A stretch of DNA of 41,432 bases from a virus (IMGVR_UViG_2563366824_000008), one strand, 5' to 3'; counted from the stretch's first letter, positions 1-8,724 are shown. A program made the numbers and translations. The notes: generated by a model from the sequence alone, not told the origin.

Positions 1-516
1 ATGAAATTTAAAAAATGTCTTCTGCCTGTGGCAATGTTAGCGTCATTCACTCTGGCAGGATGCCAGTCAAATGCTGATGATCATGCCGCCGATGTTTATC
101 AAACCGATCAACTGAATACCAAACAAGAAACTAAAACCGTTAATATTATTTCCATTCTTCCCGCAAAAGTTGCCGTAGACAACTCCCAAAATAAACGAAA
201 CGCACAAGCCTTCGGCGCGCTTATTGGTGCAGTCGCTGGCGGTGTTATTGGCCACAACGTCGGGTCTGGCAGCAATTCCGGAACGACGGCAGGTGCAGTT
301 GGCGGCGGAGCTGTTGGCGCGGCAGCGGGTTCTATGGTGAATGATAAAACCTTAGTGGAAGGTGTTTCTCTAACGTATAAGGAAGGCACCAAAGTGTATA
401 CCTCCACCCAGGTGGGTAAAGAGTGCCAGTTTACGACAGGTTTAGCCGTTGTTATTACCACGACGTATAACGAAACGCGTATTCAGCCAAATACCAAATG
501 TCCTGAAAAGAGCTAA
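1..516 (+). CDS. lipoprotein with glycine-zipper segment (probable chromosomal backbone gene)
   Basis: 171-aa ORF; N-terminal signal peptide with lipobox LAGC; Gly/Ala-rich stretch GAVAGGVIGH typical of glycine-zipper outer-membrane lipoproteins; lies left of the prophage junction. Confidence 0.6.
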   Translation: MKFKKCLLPVAMLASFTLAGCQSNADDHAADVYQTDQLNTKQETKTVNIISILPAKVAVDNSQNKRNAQAFGALIGAVAGGVIGHNVGSGSNSGTTAGAVGGGAVGAAAGSMVNDKTLVEGVSLTYKEGTKVYTSTQVGKECQFTTGLAVVITTTYNETRIQPNTKCPEKS

Positions 517-531
517 TGATCAGGAGGAGTC

Positions 532-1071
532 ATGAAGAAAGTTTTTCTTTGCGCCATCTTAGCCTCCTTAAGCTATCCGGCTATCGCCTCATCATTGCAG
601 GATCAACTCTCTGCTGTCGCAGAAGCGGAACAGCAAGGTAAAAATGAAGAGCAAAGGCAGCATGACGAATGGGTCGCGGAGCGCAACAGGGAAATCCAGC
701 AAGAGAAGCAACGTCGCGCAAACGCCCAGGCCGCCGCTAACAAAAGAGCGGCAACGGCAGCGGCAAATAAGAAAGCTCGTCAGGATAAACTGGACGCCGA
801 AGCCTCTGCGGACAAAAAACGCGATCAAAGTTATGAAGATGAGCTACGCAGCTTAGAGATTCAGAAACAAAAACTGGCGCTGGCGAAAGAAGAAGCCCGC
901 GTTAAGCGAGAAAACGAATTTATCGATCAGGAACTGAAGCACAAAGCTGCGCAAACCGATGTGGTGCAATCTGAAGCTGACGCAAACAGGAATATGACTG
1001 AGGGCGGTCGAGATCTGATGAAAAGCGTGGGCAAAGCAGAAGAGAACAAATCGGACAGCTGGTTTAACTAA
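532..1071 (+). CDS. secreted, highly charged coiled-coil protein of unknown function
   Basis: 179-aa ORF; RBS AGGAGG 7 nt upstream; signal-peptide-like N-terminus; Lys/Glu/Ala-rich low-complexity body. Confidence 0.5.
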   Translation: MKKVFLCAILASLSYPAIASSLQDQLSAVAEAEQQGKNEEQRQHDEWVAERNREIQQEKQRRANAQAAANKRAATAAANKKARQDKLDAEASADKKRDQSYEDELRSLEIQKQKLALAKEEARVKRENEFIDQELKHKAAQTDVVQSEADANRNMTEGGRDLMKSVGKAEENKSDSWFN

Positions 1072-1110
1072 GCGATGTCAGTAACTTCAAGCCTATGATT
1101 CGTGAGTATA

Positions 1111-1142
1111 AAAAACCCTCTGTAGTAACAGAGGGTTTTGTT
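1111..1142 (+). terminator. rho-independent terminator after the backbone operon
   Basis: CCCTCTG-tagtaa-CAGAGGG hairpin flanked by an A-run upstream and TTTTGTT downstream, directly after the 532..1071 stop. Confidence 0.6.
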
Positions 1143-1288
1143 CATTCATAGTGCAGGGTCAAATCATTCCCACTCAATTATTTACGGCAGCCATAACCAA
1201 TTGAGTGATAACATTTTTCCAAAACTTCATTTTTTTAGTACCGTTTTATATACCGTCACCGGAAATCAGTACCATGAAAAATGCCATG

Positions 1289-1771
1289 CTATCTTGTCAG
1301 GGTGTCATACTGTTTTTCGCAGACTCTTCCGGCTTCGGCTGCCTGGTCAGCATACTCTGCCAGTTGTCTGTTTCTCTCGAGAGATTTGCTGAGCACGTCG
1401 GCAAGCAAAACTCCGGTATCTGCGGCTGACGCCCCAGCGCCGACAATGGCGTTATACTGCCTGAGCTGCTCACGGATGGCAACGAGCTGTTGCTGCAACC
1501 TGCCAGCGCGAGCGGCAGCATCAAGAGCATCATTGCGCGCCTGGTCGATCCTCTGCTGCGCTTTGCGTTCATTGATCGCTTTCTCCTGTTCGTAGTGCTG
1601 ACGAACTATCTCATCTTCGGCTTTGCGCTCTTCCTTCGCCTGCGCATACCCGGCGTCGTACTGACGACTGCCGTGCACATTCCAGGCAACAACTCCTGAT
1701 GTGGCAAGAACAGCAAGCATCGCCACGATAAGCAACTGTTTCCAGTATGCTTTTACGAATGCCCAGATCAT
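1289..1771 (-). CDS. Rz-like i-spanin
   Basis: 160 aa; N-terminal transmembrane helix then charged coiled-coil; directly downstream of the endolysin; contains an embedded out-of-frame lipoprotein ORF. Confidence 0.6.
   Translation of the reverse strand: MIWAFVKAYWKQLLIVAMLAVLATSGVVAWNVHGSRQYDAGYAQAKEERKAEDEIVRQHYEQEKAINERKAQQRIDQARNDALDAAARAGRLQQQLVAIREQLRQYNAIVGAGASAADTGVLLADVLSKSLERNRQLAEYADQAAEAGRVCEKQYDTLTR
1297..1533 (-). CDS. Rz1-like o-spanin, embedded in Rz in another frame
   Basis: Frame-shifted ORF wholly inside Rz; internal Met followed by lipobox LALAGCS and a Pro/Ser-rich short body; start codon chosen by inference. Confidence 0.5.
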   Translation of the reverse strand: MMLLMLPLALAGCSNSSLPSVSSSGSITPLSALGRQPQIPEFCLPTCSANLSRETDNWQSMLTRQPKPEESAKNSMTP

Positions 1772-2397
1772 ACAGCCAGCACCTTACTGGCAATGATGTA
1801 TCGCGCGCGCCGGTCATCAATGCCGTTCCTGCCACCATTGATAATCAGAGTTACACGTGCAATATCGCCGGTATACTTCATGCAGCCTTTGCTGGAGAAG
1901 AACCAGGCCGCGCTACGAGCCGCGTATTCGTCCTGTGCCAGCAGTTCAGGATTCTCCAGCAGGTCAACTTTCAGACCGTTTCCGCAGTCACGATAGTTAT
2001 TCAAGCCGGTAATCTGGATAAGTCCGCGACCTCGGTAACTCCAGCCATCGCCAGGAGCATTGTTACCCATGCGTTTGCTGTACACCAGATTTGCGATCGC
2101 GCGCTGGCGCTCGAGTGGTAATGGCGGTTCACCAGCACGGCGACCCAGTGCATTAGCCTGTCCCTGAGTGAGACGCCCAGCCCGAACGAAGTTAGCCAGT
2201 CCGGTGACGCTGTAATTGAAATTCTCCTGCAACCTGGTGAAGCCTCCAGACTCATGCCCGACCTGAGCAATAAACATAGCCTGATCTTCTGGTTTGCTGA
2301 TACCAAACTCTCTCATCGCAGAAGTTATATGCGAGAACCAGCGTGCAGCCAGCGCCTCGCTGATACCAGCAGCTCGCTGGAATTGTTTAATCTCCAT
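1768..2397 (-). CDS. endolysin, glycoside hydrolase family 19 (chitinase-like lysozyme)
   Basis: 209 aa; motifs [12 protein letters not shown] and [11 protein letters not shown] match the GH19 phage endolysin signature as remembered; 4-nt overlap with Rz start. Confidence 0.8.
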   Translation of the reverse strand: MEIKQFQRAAGISEALAARWFSHITSAMREFGISKPEDQAMFIAQVGHESGGFTRLQENFNYSVTGLANFVRAGRLTQGQANALGRRAGEPPLPLERQRAIANLVYSKRMGNNAPGDGWSYRGRGLIQITGLNNYRDCGNGLKVDLLENPELLAQDEYAARSAAWFFSSKGCMKYTGDIARVTLIINGGRNGIDDRRARYIIASKVLAV

Positions 2398-2695
2398 GTT
2401 TAGACCTCGATACTTTGAAAATTTGAACGACGTTACCGCGCGTTTTAATAACCGCAGCTAGCATGACAGCGTTGATAATGACCTCAGATAAATCCACAGC
2501 CATTGGCGTGCGGAACCAGATTGCATAGGCAACACGAACCGGAATACTGGCCGCAGCAACAATCAGGAAATAAGCAAGCCACCCCCCCCATCTTCGATGT
2601 TGAGCTCCGTTACGCCGGAATGTGACAACGCGAATTGCTATGCCAGCACAAATAACTGCATTGGTGATAAGCAAAAAAAACTCATGCGTTACCAT
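2387..2695 (-). CDS. holin/antiholin-like membrane protein
   Basis: 102 aa with 2-3 predicted hydrophobic helices; directly upstream of the endolysin and overlapping it. Confidence 0.5.
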   Translation of the reverse strand: MVTHEFFLLITNAVICAGIAIRVVTFRRNGAQHRRWGGWLAYFLIVAAASIPVRVAYAIWFRTPMAVDLSEVIINAVMLAAVIKTRGNVVQIFKVSRSKHGD

Positions 2696-3098
2696 CGTCT
2701 TTTCTCCCCGGAATTAACTCGCGTGGATTATCAGAACGGTGGTAGAGCCAGATGCCAATTCGCACTGCGACAATTGCTGATACGAATGCGCCAGCAGAGA
2801 AAACAATACCTTTCTCAAAAGAGTCCTGCGTGATGGTAGGTATCAGGCTGGCTATGCCGATAAGAATTGATGCTGCTGGTTTGTAGAAAAGAAGTCCGCA
2901 GAGAAAGCTAAGCATCGACAAGAGCACGCGACGACGAATGTGATACTCTACCGCCGAGGTAACAAAAATTACCGCGCCAGCCAAAGCCCCCAAAGCAACC
3001 TCAGGAGGCACTCCTGCTATCACCGCCGCCAGAGAACTCATGCTAAGCCACTGATTTAAAGTTTCACTGGTTAGTTGAGCTGACATATTTTCCACCAT
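2682..3098 (-). CDS. holin-like membrane protein
   Basis: 138 aa with about four hydrophobic segments; first gene of the lysis cassette. Confidence 0.5.
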   Translation of the reverse strand: MVENMSAQLTSETLNQWLSMSSLAAVIAGVPPEVALGALAGAVIFVTSAVEYHIRRRVLLSMLSFLCGLLFYKPAASILIGIASLIPTITQDSFEKGIVFSAGAFVSAIVAVRIGIWLYHRSDNPRELIPGRKDDGNA

Positions 3099-3453
3099 TT
3101 ATATGCATAACGACCTCCTGAATAGTAAAGCATTATGCATAATAAACCATTTATGGTTTTTTGTTACCCCTACATTGTCATTTCTATATCTTTCACACCA
3201 GAAAAAGATCTCACTATCACGACTTGTTAAGCCTATTGCCATGCCAGAACATTTCAATCCACAGGCATTCTAACTGGATGTGTTCACTCGCAATAAATTA
3301 CTTACAACAGACTATCGAACAGTAAATAAATATTCATGCAAGAATGAGAAAAGCGCCTGCACAGGCATATCACAAATAACATTATTTTTTACTACATCAT
3401 AAAAAATCGCGTTGTAATTTTGTATGTATTTCGTTATTGGTAATTATTTTATA

Positions 3454-3494
3454 ATCCAATAAAACAGGGAGGATTACTAATAATCTCCTCCCTG
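3454..3494 (-). terminator. rho-independent terminator after the tailspike gene
   Basis: On the minus strand: CAGGGAGGA ... TCCTCCCTG stem followed by TTTTATTGG; 21 nt downstream of the tailspike stop. Confidence 0.5.
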
Positions 3495-3514
3495 CATCCA
3501 TATAATAAAATATA

Positions 3515-6415
3515 TTAATTAGTTATTTTTCCTTCCAATTCTTCAATCCTCTTTATAATATTTTTCTGACGTATACCTAATGCAGCAATCATTAGATACT
3601 GTAATTCATCATTTCTGAATGCATAGCGTTCTCCTGCTTCATGCGTAATAGTTATAGCCTCACGAACAAGGTTACCTTCATCATCATAAACAGCAGGATC
3701 TGTATCTGCATATGCATCCCATCTGTCATAGCAGATCGCTCCGTATTTAAATGGATCAAGTCCATTCTCTCTGAATATTTCCATTGCCCGTTGCACCGTA
3801 AGTCCGGCATGAAGTCTGGCATCAGCTCCCTTATTTTTTACACTATCAAGCCATTGATAAAAACCAATTTCATCAACAAGAGCTAACCCAACAGCCTGCT
3901 CTTTATCGGAAAGAGTTCTGACTTCCGTTTTCTCTGTTGCATCAGATGTATTTATAGTTGCAGTCCCTGCGTAGACCTGAGAAAAGCGGTTAACGGACCT
4001 TCCAAGTGATACCTGGTTATCAGTTGTTGGCCTTAATGTCGTCGTCGCCCATGTCGATGTAGTATCTTTAGTCGCAGAAAATACTGTTACATTCCCCTGC
4101 TTAAGTCTGACGACACCTCCATCTGTAGAGGCAAGTATCAACTCACCAGCCGCAGATGGACAATCAGCAGCATGGATATCAATATAAGCACCACCTGCAG
4201 TATTCCCATCTTTAGAACGGAACTGCATACCTCGAAAGTTTGAGTCGAATACTGCTTTCGTACTTACCCATGAATTATTGTCATGTCCGTAATCTGTATC
4301 AAACAGGTTAAGGTTATTTCCATAATTCAACTCGAGGGATTTGGTATACTCTCCAATGGCTTCGTCAAATATCGCAATAGTAAATGAACCGTGCTCACGG
4401 TTAAAGGCGATATCAGTTCCAGCATAATATTGATGCGCGGTTCCGGTATACGGATCGGATTCTGCGCCATGCACTGGATGGTTGCCAAGAATATCAGACA
4501 GGTTTGCTACTCCAAACAGATGCTTATTTCTGCGAGTATAATCGCCTGATTTATATGTTGCACCTGAATCCCATTCACCATTTGTCGCTGCAAGCGATGT
4601 TTTTAACCAATAAGACCTGTTTGTCGGAAGATTTCCCTTGTTATCACCAGTAACAGTACTTACCCAATTTTTGCCACGATGACTTACAACATCCCCTGCG
4701 CTTTTCCATACATCCATAGCACCACAGACAAGTTCATCACCTCTTATTGCCAGCCCTTCAGGCTCAAAGCTAACCGGAACTCCGATTTTAGAGTCAGAAC
4801 CATTTAACTGAGTCTCTGTATAAAGTGATGCGGCAAGTGATACAGGAAACGAACGTATTAGCGTACCACCCATATCATAAATCTGGACTGTCCTTACGCA
4901 TCTTGCAGGAACGCCACCCCAAATTGTGTAAATATATCTGCTATCTGATGTAATACCCTGAAGTGTTGCACCATACTGACCTTTACCACGAACAAGTGGA
5001 ACAGGACCATTAATCGGTCTAACTTTCATTGGGCTAGAAGAAGATTCCACTTCTTTGCGATCATATACATATAAAAATCGGCCAGTCCCAGTGTTTGATG
5101 TCGCAATTAATATGACATATCGCCCATCATTAGATACACAAATACTTGCCCGCTGCGCAAGGTTAATCAGATTATTATCACCAGGCTCACCAAATACTCG
5201 GTAATGAGTTATATCTTCAGCAGATGTTGATGCCCCTTTCCATTTTGTCTTTGAATACCCCTTCCCTCCTAGAGAGGAACCAGTCTCAGCAATTGTTGTT
5301 GTAAACAGATATAGTTCACCGTTCTCTATTGTGGCAGAAAGATCTGACCCGTGACCAAGAGGCAATGGCTCTGTAAATGTCACAACAGAAAGAGTTGAAC
5401 CATCGCTTGTATAGTGCCACTCACTGATCCTTGTGAGGGTGTCCGTTCCCCAGTTAGAACCTCCAACCTGTTGAGTGATAAAAACCTTCTCAATACCTTC
5501 ATGCCTTACACAAGCTATTCCCTGCAATGCGTTTTGTGCATTCGCATATATAGTTGGCGCATTGATATCATCACCAAAATTCAGGGTCGCAAGTTTTCTT
5601 TGTCCAATGGAGAAACTTTGCATCGGCGGATTAACGGAAATGCGAACACCATTACTGATTAGAACACCATCACCGGAGAAGCGTGAAATATCTATTTTCG
5701 ATGCATCAACTATATATTCCCCTGCAGGAACATGAACAATTTTAGAGTTTAACTGTGCATTTATAAAAGCATTTGTATCATCATTAATTAAGTCTGCTTT
5801 TGCCCCAAAATCCTTTACGCTATAAACGTCACGCATCTTATCCTGGAACGTTCGGTATACTGCTCCAGAACCATACTGAATAAACCATCCGAAACCACCG
5901 ACAACACCAGCAATTGCAGCATCCACATACTTACGCATTGAGCGATTATTTACAGCATCCTGCTCAAATGATGGATCTGCAAGGTTAGAAATTTTGTTTT
6001 GCTTTGCATCGTAATATTTTGCAAGCAAAGATGGTTTCATCAATGCACGTCTGAACCACCCAAAACATTGCTGGATCAGCATCGTCAGGTAGTCAAAGGC
6101 ATCTTCATGCACTTCGGGGAAAAATTTTCCCTGATTGCGAAGGTCTGTCTCCTGCACTACATCAAGCACACGATCTATCGTAATTCGCCATCCAGCAGCA
6201 AGCGGCGACGGAAGAACCACAGAACCGCCACTATAAGTGCCCGCCCCAGTTACCGTATAACCGGTATCCAGAACCAATTCTGTTACGTTCCCGTTCAGGT
6301 CAGACACCTGAACAACCAGGTCTGATTTTTTGAAAATACGGAAGGTATACGGAAACGATGTCGTAACGCCGTTACCGGTGTATTCGTTGTGGTCAACTTC
6401 GGTTGAGACCGTCAT
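3515..6415 (-). CDS. tailspike/tail fiber with beta-helix depolymerase-like body and C-terminal intramolecular chaperone domain
   Basis: 966 aa; N-terminal virion-attachment region; VKDFGAKADLINDDTNAF pectate-lyase-like beta-helix start; C-terminal segment (TLSDKEQAVGLALVDEIGFYQW...) resembles the self-cleaving S74 chaperone of tailspikes. Confidence 0.8.
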   Translation of the reverse strand: MTVSTEVDHNEYTGNGVTTSFPYTFRIFKKSDLVVQVSDLNGNVTELVLDTGYTVTGAGTYSGGSVVLPSPLAAGWRITIDRVLDVVQETDLRNQGKFFPEVHEDAFDYLTMLIQQCFGWFRRALMKPSLLAKYYDAKQNKISNLADPSFEQDAVNNRSMRKYVDAAIAGVVGGFGWFIQYGSGAVYRTFQDKMRDVYSVKDFGAKADLINDDTNAFINAQLNSKIVHVPAGEYIVDASKIDISRFSGDGVLISNGVRISVNPPMQSFSIGQRKLATLNFGDDINAPTIYANAQNALQGIACVRHEGIEKVFITQQVGGSNWGTDTLTRISEWHYTSDGSTLSVVTFTEPLPLGHGSDLSATIENGELYLFTTTIAETGSSLGGKGYSKTKWKGASTSAEDITHYRVFGEPGDNNLINLAQRASICVSNDGRYVILIATSNTGTGRFLYVYDRKEVESSSSPMKVRPINGPVPLVRGKGQYGATLQGITSDSRYIYTIWGGVPARCVRTVQIYDMGGTLIRSFPVSLAASLYTETQLNGSDSKIGVPVSFEPEGLAIRGDELVCGAMDVWKSAGDVVSHRGKNWVSTVTGDNKGNLPTNRSYWLKTSLAATNGEWDSGATYKSGDYTRRNKHLFGVANLSDILGNHPVHGAESDPYTGTAHQYYAGTDIAFNREHGSFTIAIFDEAIGEYTKSLELNYGNNLNLFDTDYGHDNNSWVSTKAVFDSNFRGMQFRSKDGNTAGGAYIDIHAADCPSAAGELILASTDGGVVRLKQGNVTVFSATKDTTSTWATTTLRPTTDNQVSLGRSVNRFSQVYAGTATINTSDATEKTEVRTLSDKEQAVGLALVDEIGFYQWLDSVKNKGADARLHAGLTVQRAMEIFRENGLDPFKYGAICYDRWDAYADTDPAVYDDEGNLVREAITITHEAGERYAFRNDELQYLMIAALGIRQKNIIKRIEELEGKITN

Positions 6416-6519
6416 GTTAAATCTCCAGATAGTCGCAGCACCCGTTGCGCCGCATATCTGGTTATTCTATTACCTGAAAAACCACATATGGATAGAAAGA
6501 CTGTGAATACGAATAGATA

Positions 6520-6534
6520 TTACCTTTCGGGTAA
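6520..6534. promoter_or_regulatory. candidate repressor operator TTACCTTTCGGGTAA
   Basis: Perfect copy of the recurrent TTACCT-N4-GGTAA inverted repeat, 77 nt upstream of the 6611 start. Confidence 0.5.
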
Positions 6535-6571
6535 TTTGCAAAACGTGCTGGATAGCAAACAAATTATTTGC

Positions 6572-6591
6572 TACTGTATAAATATACAGTT
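6572..6591. promoter_or_regulatory. LexA (SOS) box overlapping a -10-like element
   Basis: TACTGTATAAATATACAGTT matches the CTGT-N8-ACAG LexA consensus with an AT-rich spacer; overlaps TGTATAAAT; 20 nt upstream of the ATG at 6611. Confidence 0.7.
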
Positions 6592-6610
6592 ATTGCATGG
6601 AGAAGATAAG

Positions 6611-6868
6611 ATGCAGCAGTATCACTATCCACTGGAAGACGGATTTACCGAAAGGATTCACACGCCGGGAGGCGTCAGGTCACTGGTGGAGGGATCGCAT
6701 TTGATGAAATTACTCCGGGATCTCGATAAGGATGGATTTAATGTCGATGGCCCACTTGCCGAACTGACTGCACTGATTAACTACGTCACCAGCTCACAGA
6801 TGTCTATGCGGGATCTGCAAACACATCTCGACTATTGTGCCGAACAATTACGAAAACAAACCAGATAA
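6611..6868 (+). CDS. small antirepressor-like protein, paralogous to the C-terminal domain of the adjacent Ant
   Basis: Start taken at the internal ATG 6611 (RBS GGAGAAG) of ORF 6488..6868; 85-aa product aligns by eye with the last ~70 aa of the 7184..7879 protein (shared positions include LM-LL, DG, AELT, RD-QTH-Y). Confidence 0.6.
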   Translation: MQQYHYPLEDGFTERIHTPGGVRSLVEGSHLMKLLRDLDKDGFNVDGPLAELTALINYVTSSQMSMRDLQTHLDYCAEQLRKQTR

Positions 6869-6899
6869 GATTTGAAATTACCAAGAGGAGTGCTTATAT

Positions 6900-6914
6900 T
6901 TACCTTTGCGGTAA
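6900..6914. promoter_or_regulatory. candidate repressor operator TTACCTTTGCGGTAA inside a 12-bp inverted repeat
   Basis: Perfect motif copy lying in the loop between CAAGAGGAGTGC (6883..6894) and GCACTCCTCTTG (6924..6935). Confidence 0.45.
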
Positions 6915-7006
6915 ATTTACATCGCACTCCTCTTGTGCCATAGTAATCGGGCACTGGCAAAATCCAGTGCCGGGATTGGCGTCCCGGATTACTAAAAGGC
7001 GTATTC

Positions 7007-7026
7007 ACCGCGCAAGCGGTTTTTTT
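7007..7026 (+). terminator. rho-independent terminator (GNRA-loop hairpin plus T-run)
   Basis: ACCGC-GCAA-GCGGT followed by TTTTTT; about 140 nt after the 6611..6868 stop. Confidence 0.5.
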
Positions 7027-7183
7027 ATGCGTATAGCACGGCCACATTCGTATTATGGTGGGCTGTGTGGGGGCACCGAAAGGTGCGCCGGGTCCTTTTA
7101 GCCGGTTACGCCAACCCTGCACAGTTCACCACCAACCGATTGGCGTCGGTAGTGGTGATTAACCAGACTAAAAGGTAACCACT

Positions 7184-7879
7184 ATGACAGCTACAAAAAG
7201 CACGTCCATTTTTTCTTTCGAATCCCAAGCCGATATACGAGTAATCGTCATTAATGGTGAGCCATGGTTTATCGCTTCAGATGTTTGTCGGGCTATAGGC
7301 ATAGCAAATCATCGAGATGCTGTTAGAAAACTTGATGATGATGAGAAGGGCGTCGCTTCAACCGACACCCCTGGCGGTGAGCAAGAATCGATCATCATCT
7401 CCGAGTCAGGCCTCTACACACTGATCCTCCGCTGCCGCGACGCAGTGACACCAGGCACTATCCCCTACCGCTTTCGTAAATGGGTTACAGGTGAGGTTCT
7501 TCCTCAGATCCGCCGCACCGGAAGTTACATTAAAAACTCGCTCCCGCAGGAAGAACGCATAAAGATAGTTGCCGACCAGGTAGCCAACGCCACAGCATCA
7601 GCAGTGATGCAGGCAATGAAGATAGAGAACAAAACCTACAGTGCCCCACTGAAGCCCGGCTACCGCAGCCTGATTCACTCGCCGTCGGGTGTTCTCGGCC
7701 TGACGGAGAACTCACTGCTGATGAATCTGCTGAACCAGTTGCAGGACGACGGGCACGACGTATCGGGCGCGGCGGCGGAGCTGACCACCATGTTCTGCTA
7801 CATCGTCGGTGTGAGCAAATGCCTGCGTGATATCCAGACCCACGCGGAGTACATCAACGACAAAGCAGGGTTCTTCTGA
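7184..7879 (+). CDS. ant: antirepressor with BRO-N (KilA-N-like) N-terminal domain
   Basis: 231 aa; N-terminal region (VIVINGEPWFIASDVCRAIG...) matches the BRO-N/antirepressor signature as remembered; RBS AAAAGGTAA; C-terminal domain paralogous to the 6611 product. Confidence 0.75.
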   Translation: MTATKSTSIFSFESQADIRVIVINGEPWFIASDVCRAIGIANHRDAVRKLDDDEKGVASTDTPGGEQESIIISESGLYTLILRCRDAVTPGTIPYRFRKWVTGEVLPQIRRTGSYIKNSLPQEERIKIVADQVANATASAVMQAMKIENKTYSAPLKPGYRSLIHSPSGVLGLTENSLLMNLLNQLQDDGHDVSGAAAELTTMFCYIVGVSKCLRDIQTHAEYINDKAGFF

Positions 7880-7949
7880 CGGCGGCGGCACAGGGATGTG
7901 CCTTTAAATAATTCTGTACGATTGCAGACTGTGGGTGAATAGCGTACTA

Positions 7950-7964
7950 TTACCTCAAGGGTAA
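7950..7964. promoter_or_regulatory. candidate repressor operator TTACCTCAAGGGTAA
   Basis: Perfect motif copy 60 nt upstream of the 8025 start. Confidence 0.45.
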
Positions 7965-8024
7965 ACGGATTGGTTTCATTTTTATTAATCCGTGTAATGA
8001 ACTTATGAGATATGAGGTAATGTC

Positions 8025-8204
8025 ATGCGAAACGAAAAATTGCAGATGCGTAGAGCGCAAGCTGCCGCAAGACGTTCTTTCAATGGAAGCGTAGAGTACG
8101 TAAAAGTTACTATGACAAAAGATCACGCAAGTCGCGTATCCCGCGCTTTCTTTGATTCTCGTAACAATAAGGAAAATTATGAGTTCGTCTGCGTCGCAGA
8201 ATGA
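8025..8204 (+). CDS. small basic protein (candidate antitoxin), not in the ORF track
   Basis: 59-aa ORF translated by hand; RBS GAGGT 6 nt upstream of the ATG; overlaps the next gene by 26 nt in another frame. Confidence 0.4.
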   Translation: MRNEKLQMRRAQAAARRSFNGSVEYVKVTMTKDHASRVSRAFFDSRNNKENYEFVCVAE

Positions 8205-8724
8205 TAAAAATCAAATTGTCAGATATAAGGGTCGAGTATTGCATACGCAAAATTTCTCGGCCCTTTGTGCATCTGATCTTGAGCTGAAGAAAGTATCTGA
8301 TGCCTTTGCCCAGTATTGGAAAACGGGATACCATCCATCTCTTGGTAAAGATGCTGCATTTGCTCGTCCGACAGAAATGCTTAAACTAAATGTCAGGCAT
8401 ACTCATGTCGATAACCAAGACTATATTCCAGAAGATAGTGATAAAAAACACACTGGTAAAAAATCATCTTGGGATGCATGGAAAAATATAGCGTCTGTAC
8501 AAGTAAAATGCATACCAACAAGTGATTGCTTTTTAGTTTATTCGGTAAATCACAATCGTGATGCGCTGGTTATGTTTTTTGTTGACGCAGATGCTCACAA
8601 CATAACTGAGCAAGAAGAGTTTAAAGAGGAAGCAATCACTATCAGTTATCAATTCTTTGAGAAAACAAAAACAGAACCAATGCCTTTAGAAGAAGATCTT
8701 TTTTCTGATAAATGGAAGGAATAG
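8179..8724 (+). CDS. candidate toxin, possibly YafO-like
   Basis: Start taken at ATG 8179 (RBS AAGGAAAA) within ORF 8152..8724; 181 aa; segments DAF-QYWKTG..P.LGKDAAF, HTHVD and CFLVYS resemble my recollection of the YafO ribosome-dependent mRNA interferase family; not verified. Confidence 0.4.
   Translation: MSSSASQNDKNQIVRYKGRVLHTQNFSALCASDLELKKVSDAFAQYWKTGYHPSLGKDAAFARPTEMLKLNVRHTHVDNQDYIPEDSDKKHTGKKSSWDAWKNIASVQVKCIPTSDCFLVYSVNHNRDALVMFFVDADAHNITEQEEFKEEAITISYQFFEKTKTEPMPLEEDLFSDKWKE

Noticed and set aside
1138-1771. Several plus-strand ORFs at the left junction (for example 1138..1392, 1205..1429, 1281..1595)
   Set aside because: They overlap the Rz/Rz1 genes on the opposite strand or span the terminator and junction; no RBS.
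3103-3281. 58-aa plus-strand ORF in the AT-rich gap upstream of the holin gene
   Set aside because: No RBS, AT-rich context, and on the opposite strand to every neighbouring gene; probably promoter/spacer DNA.
6832-7122. Two overlapping ORFs (6832..7122 minus, 6835..7101 plus) between the antirepressor genes
   Set aside because: Both sit on the hairpin-dense region, lack RBS-like sequence and overlap each other; more likely non-coding structured RNA or DNA.
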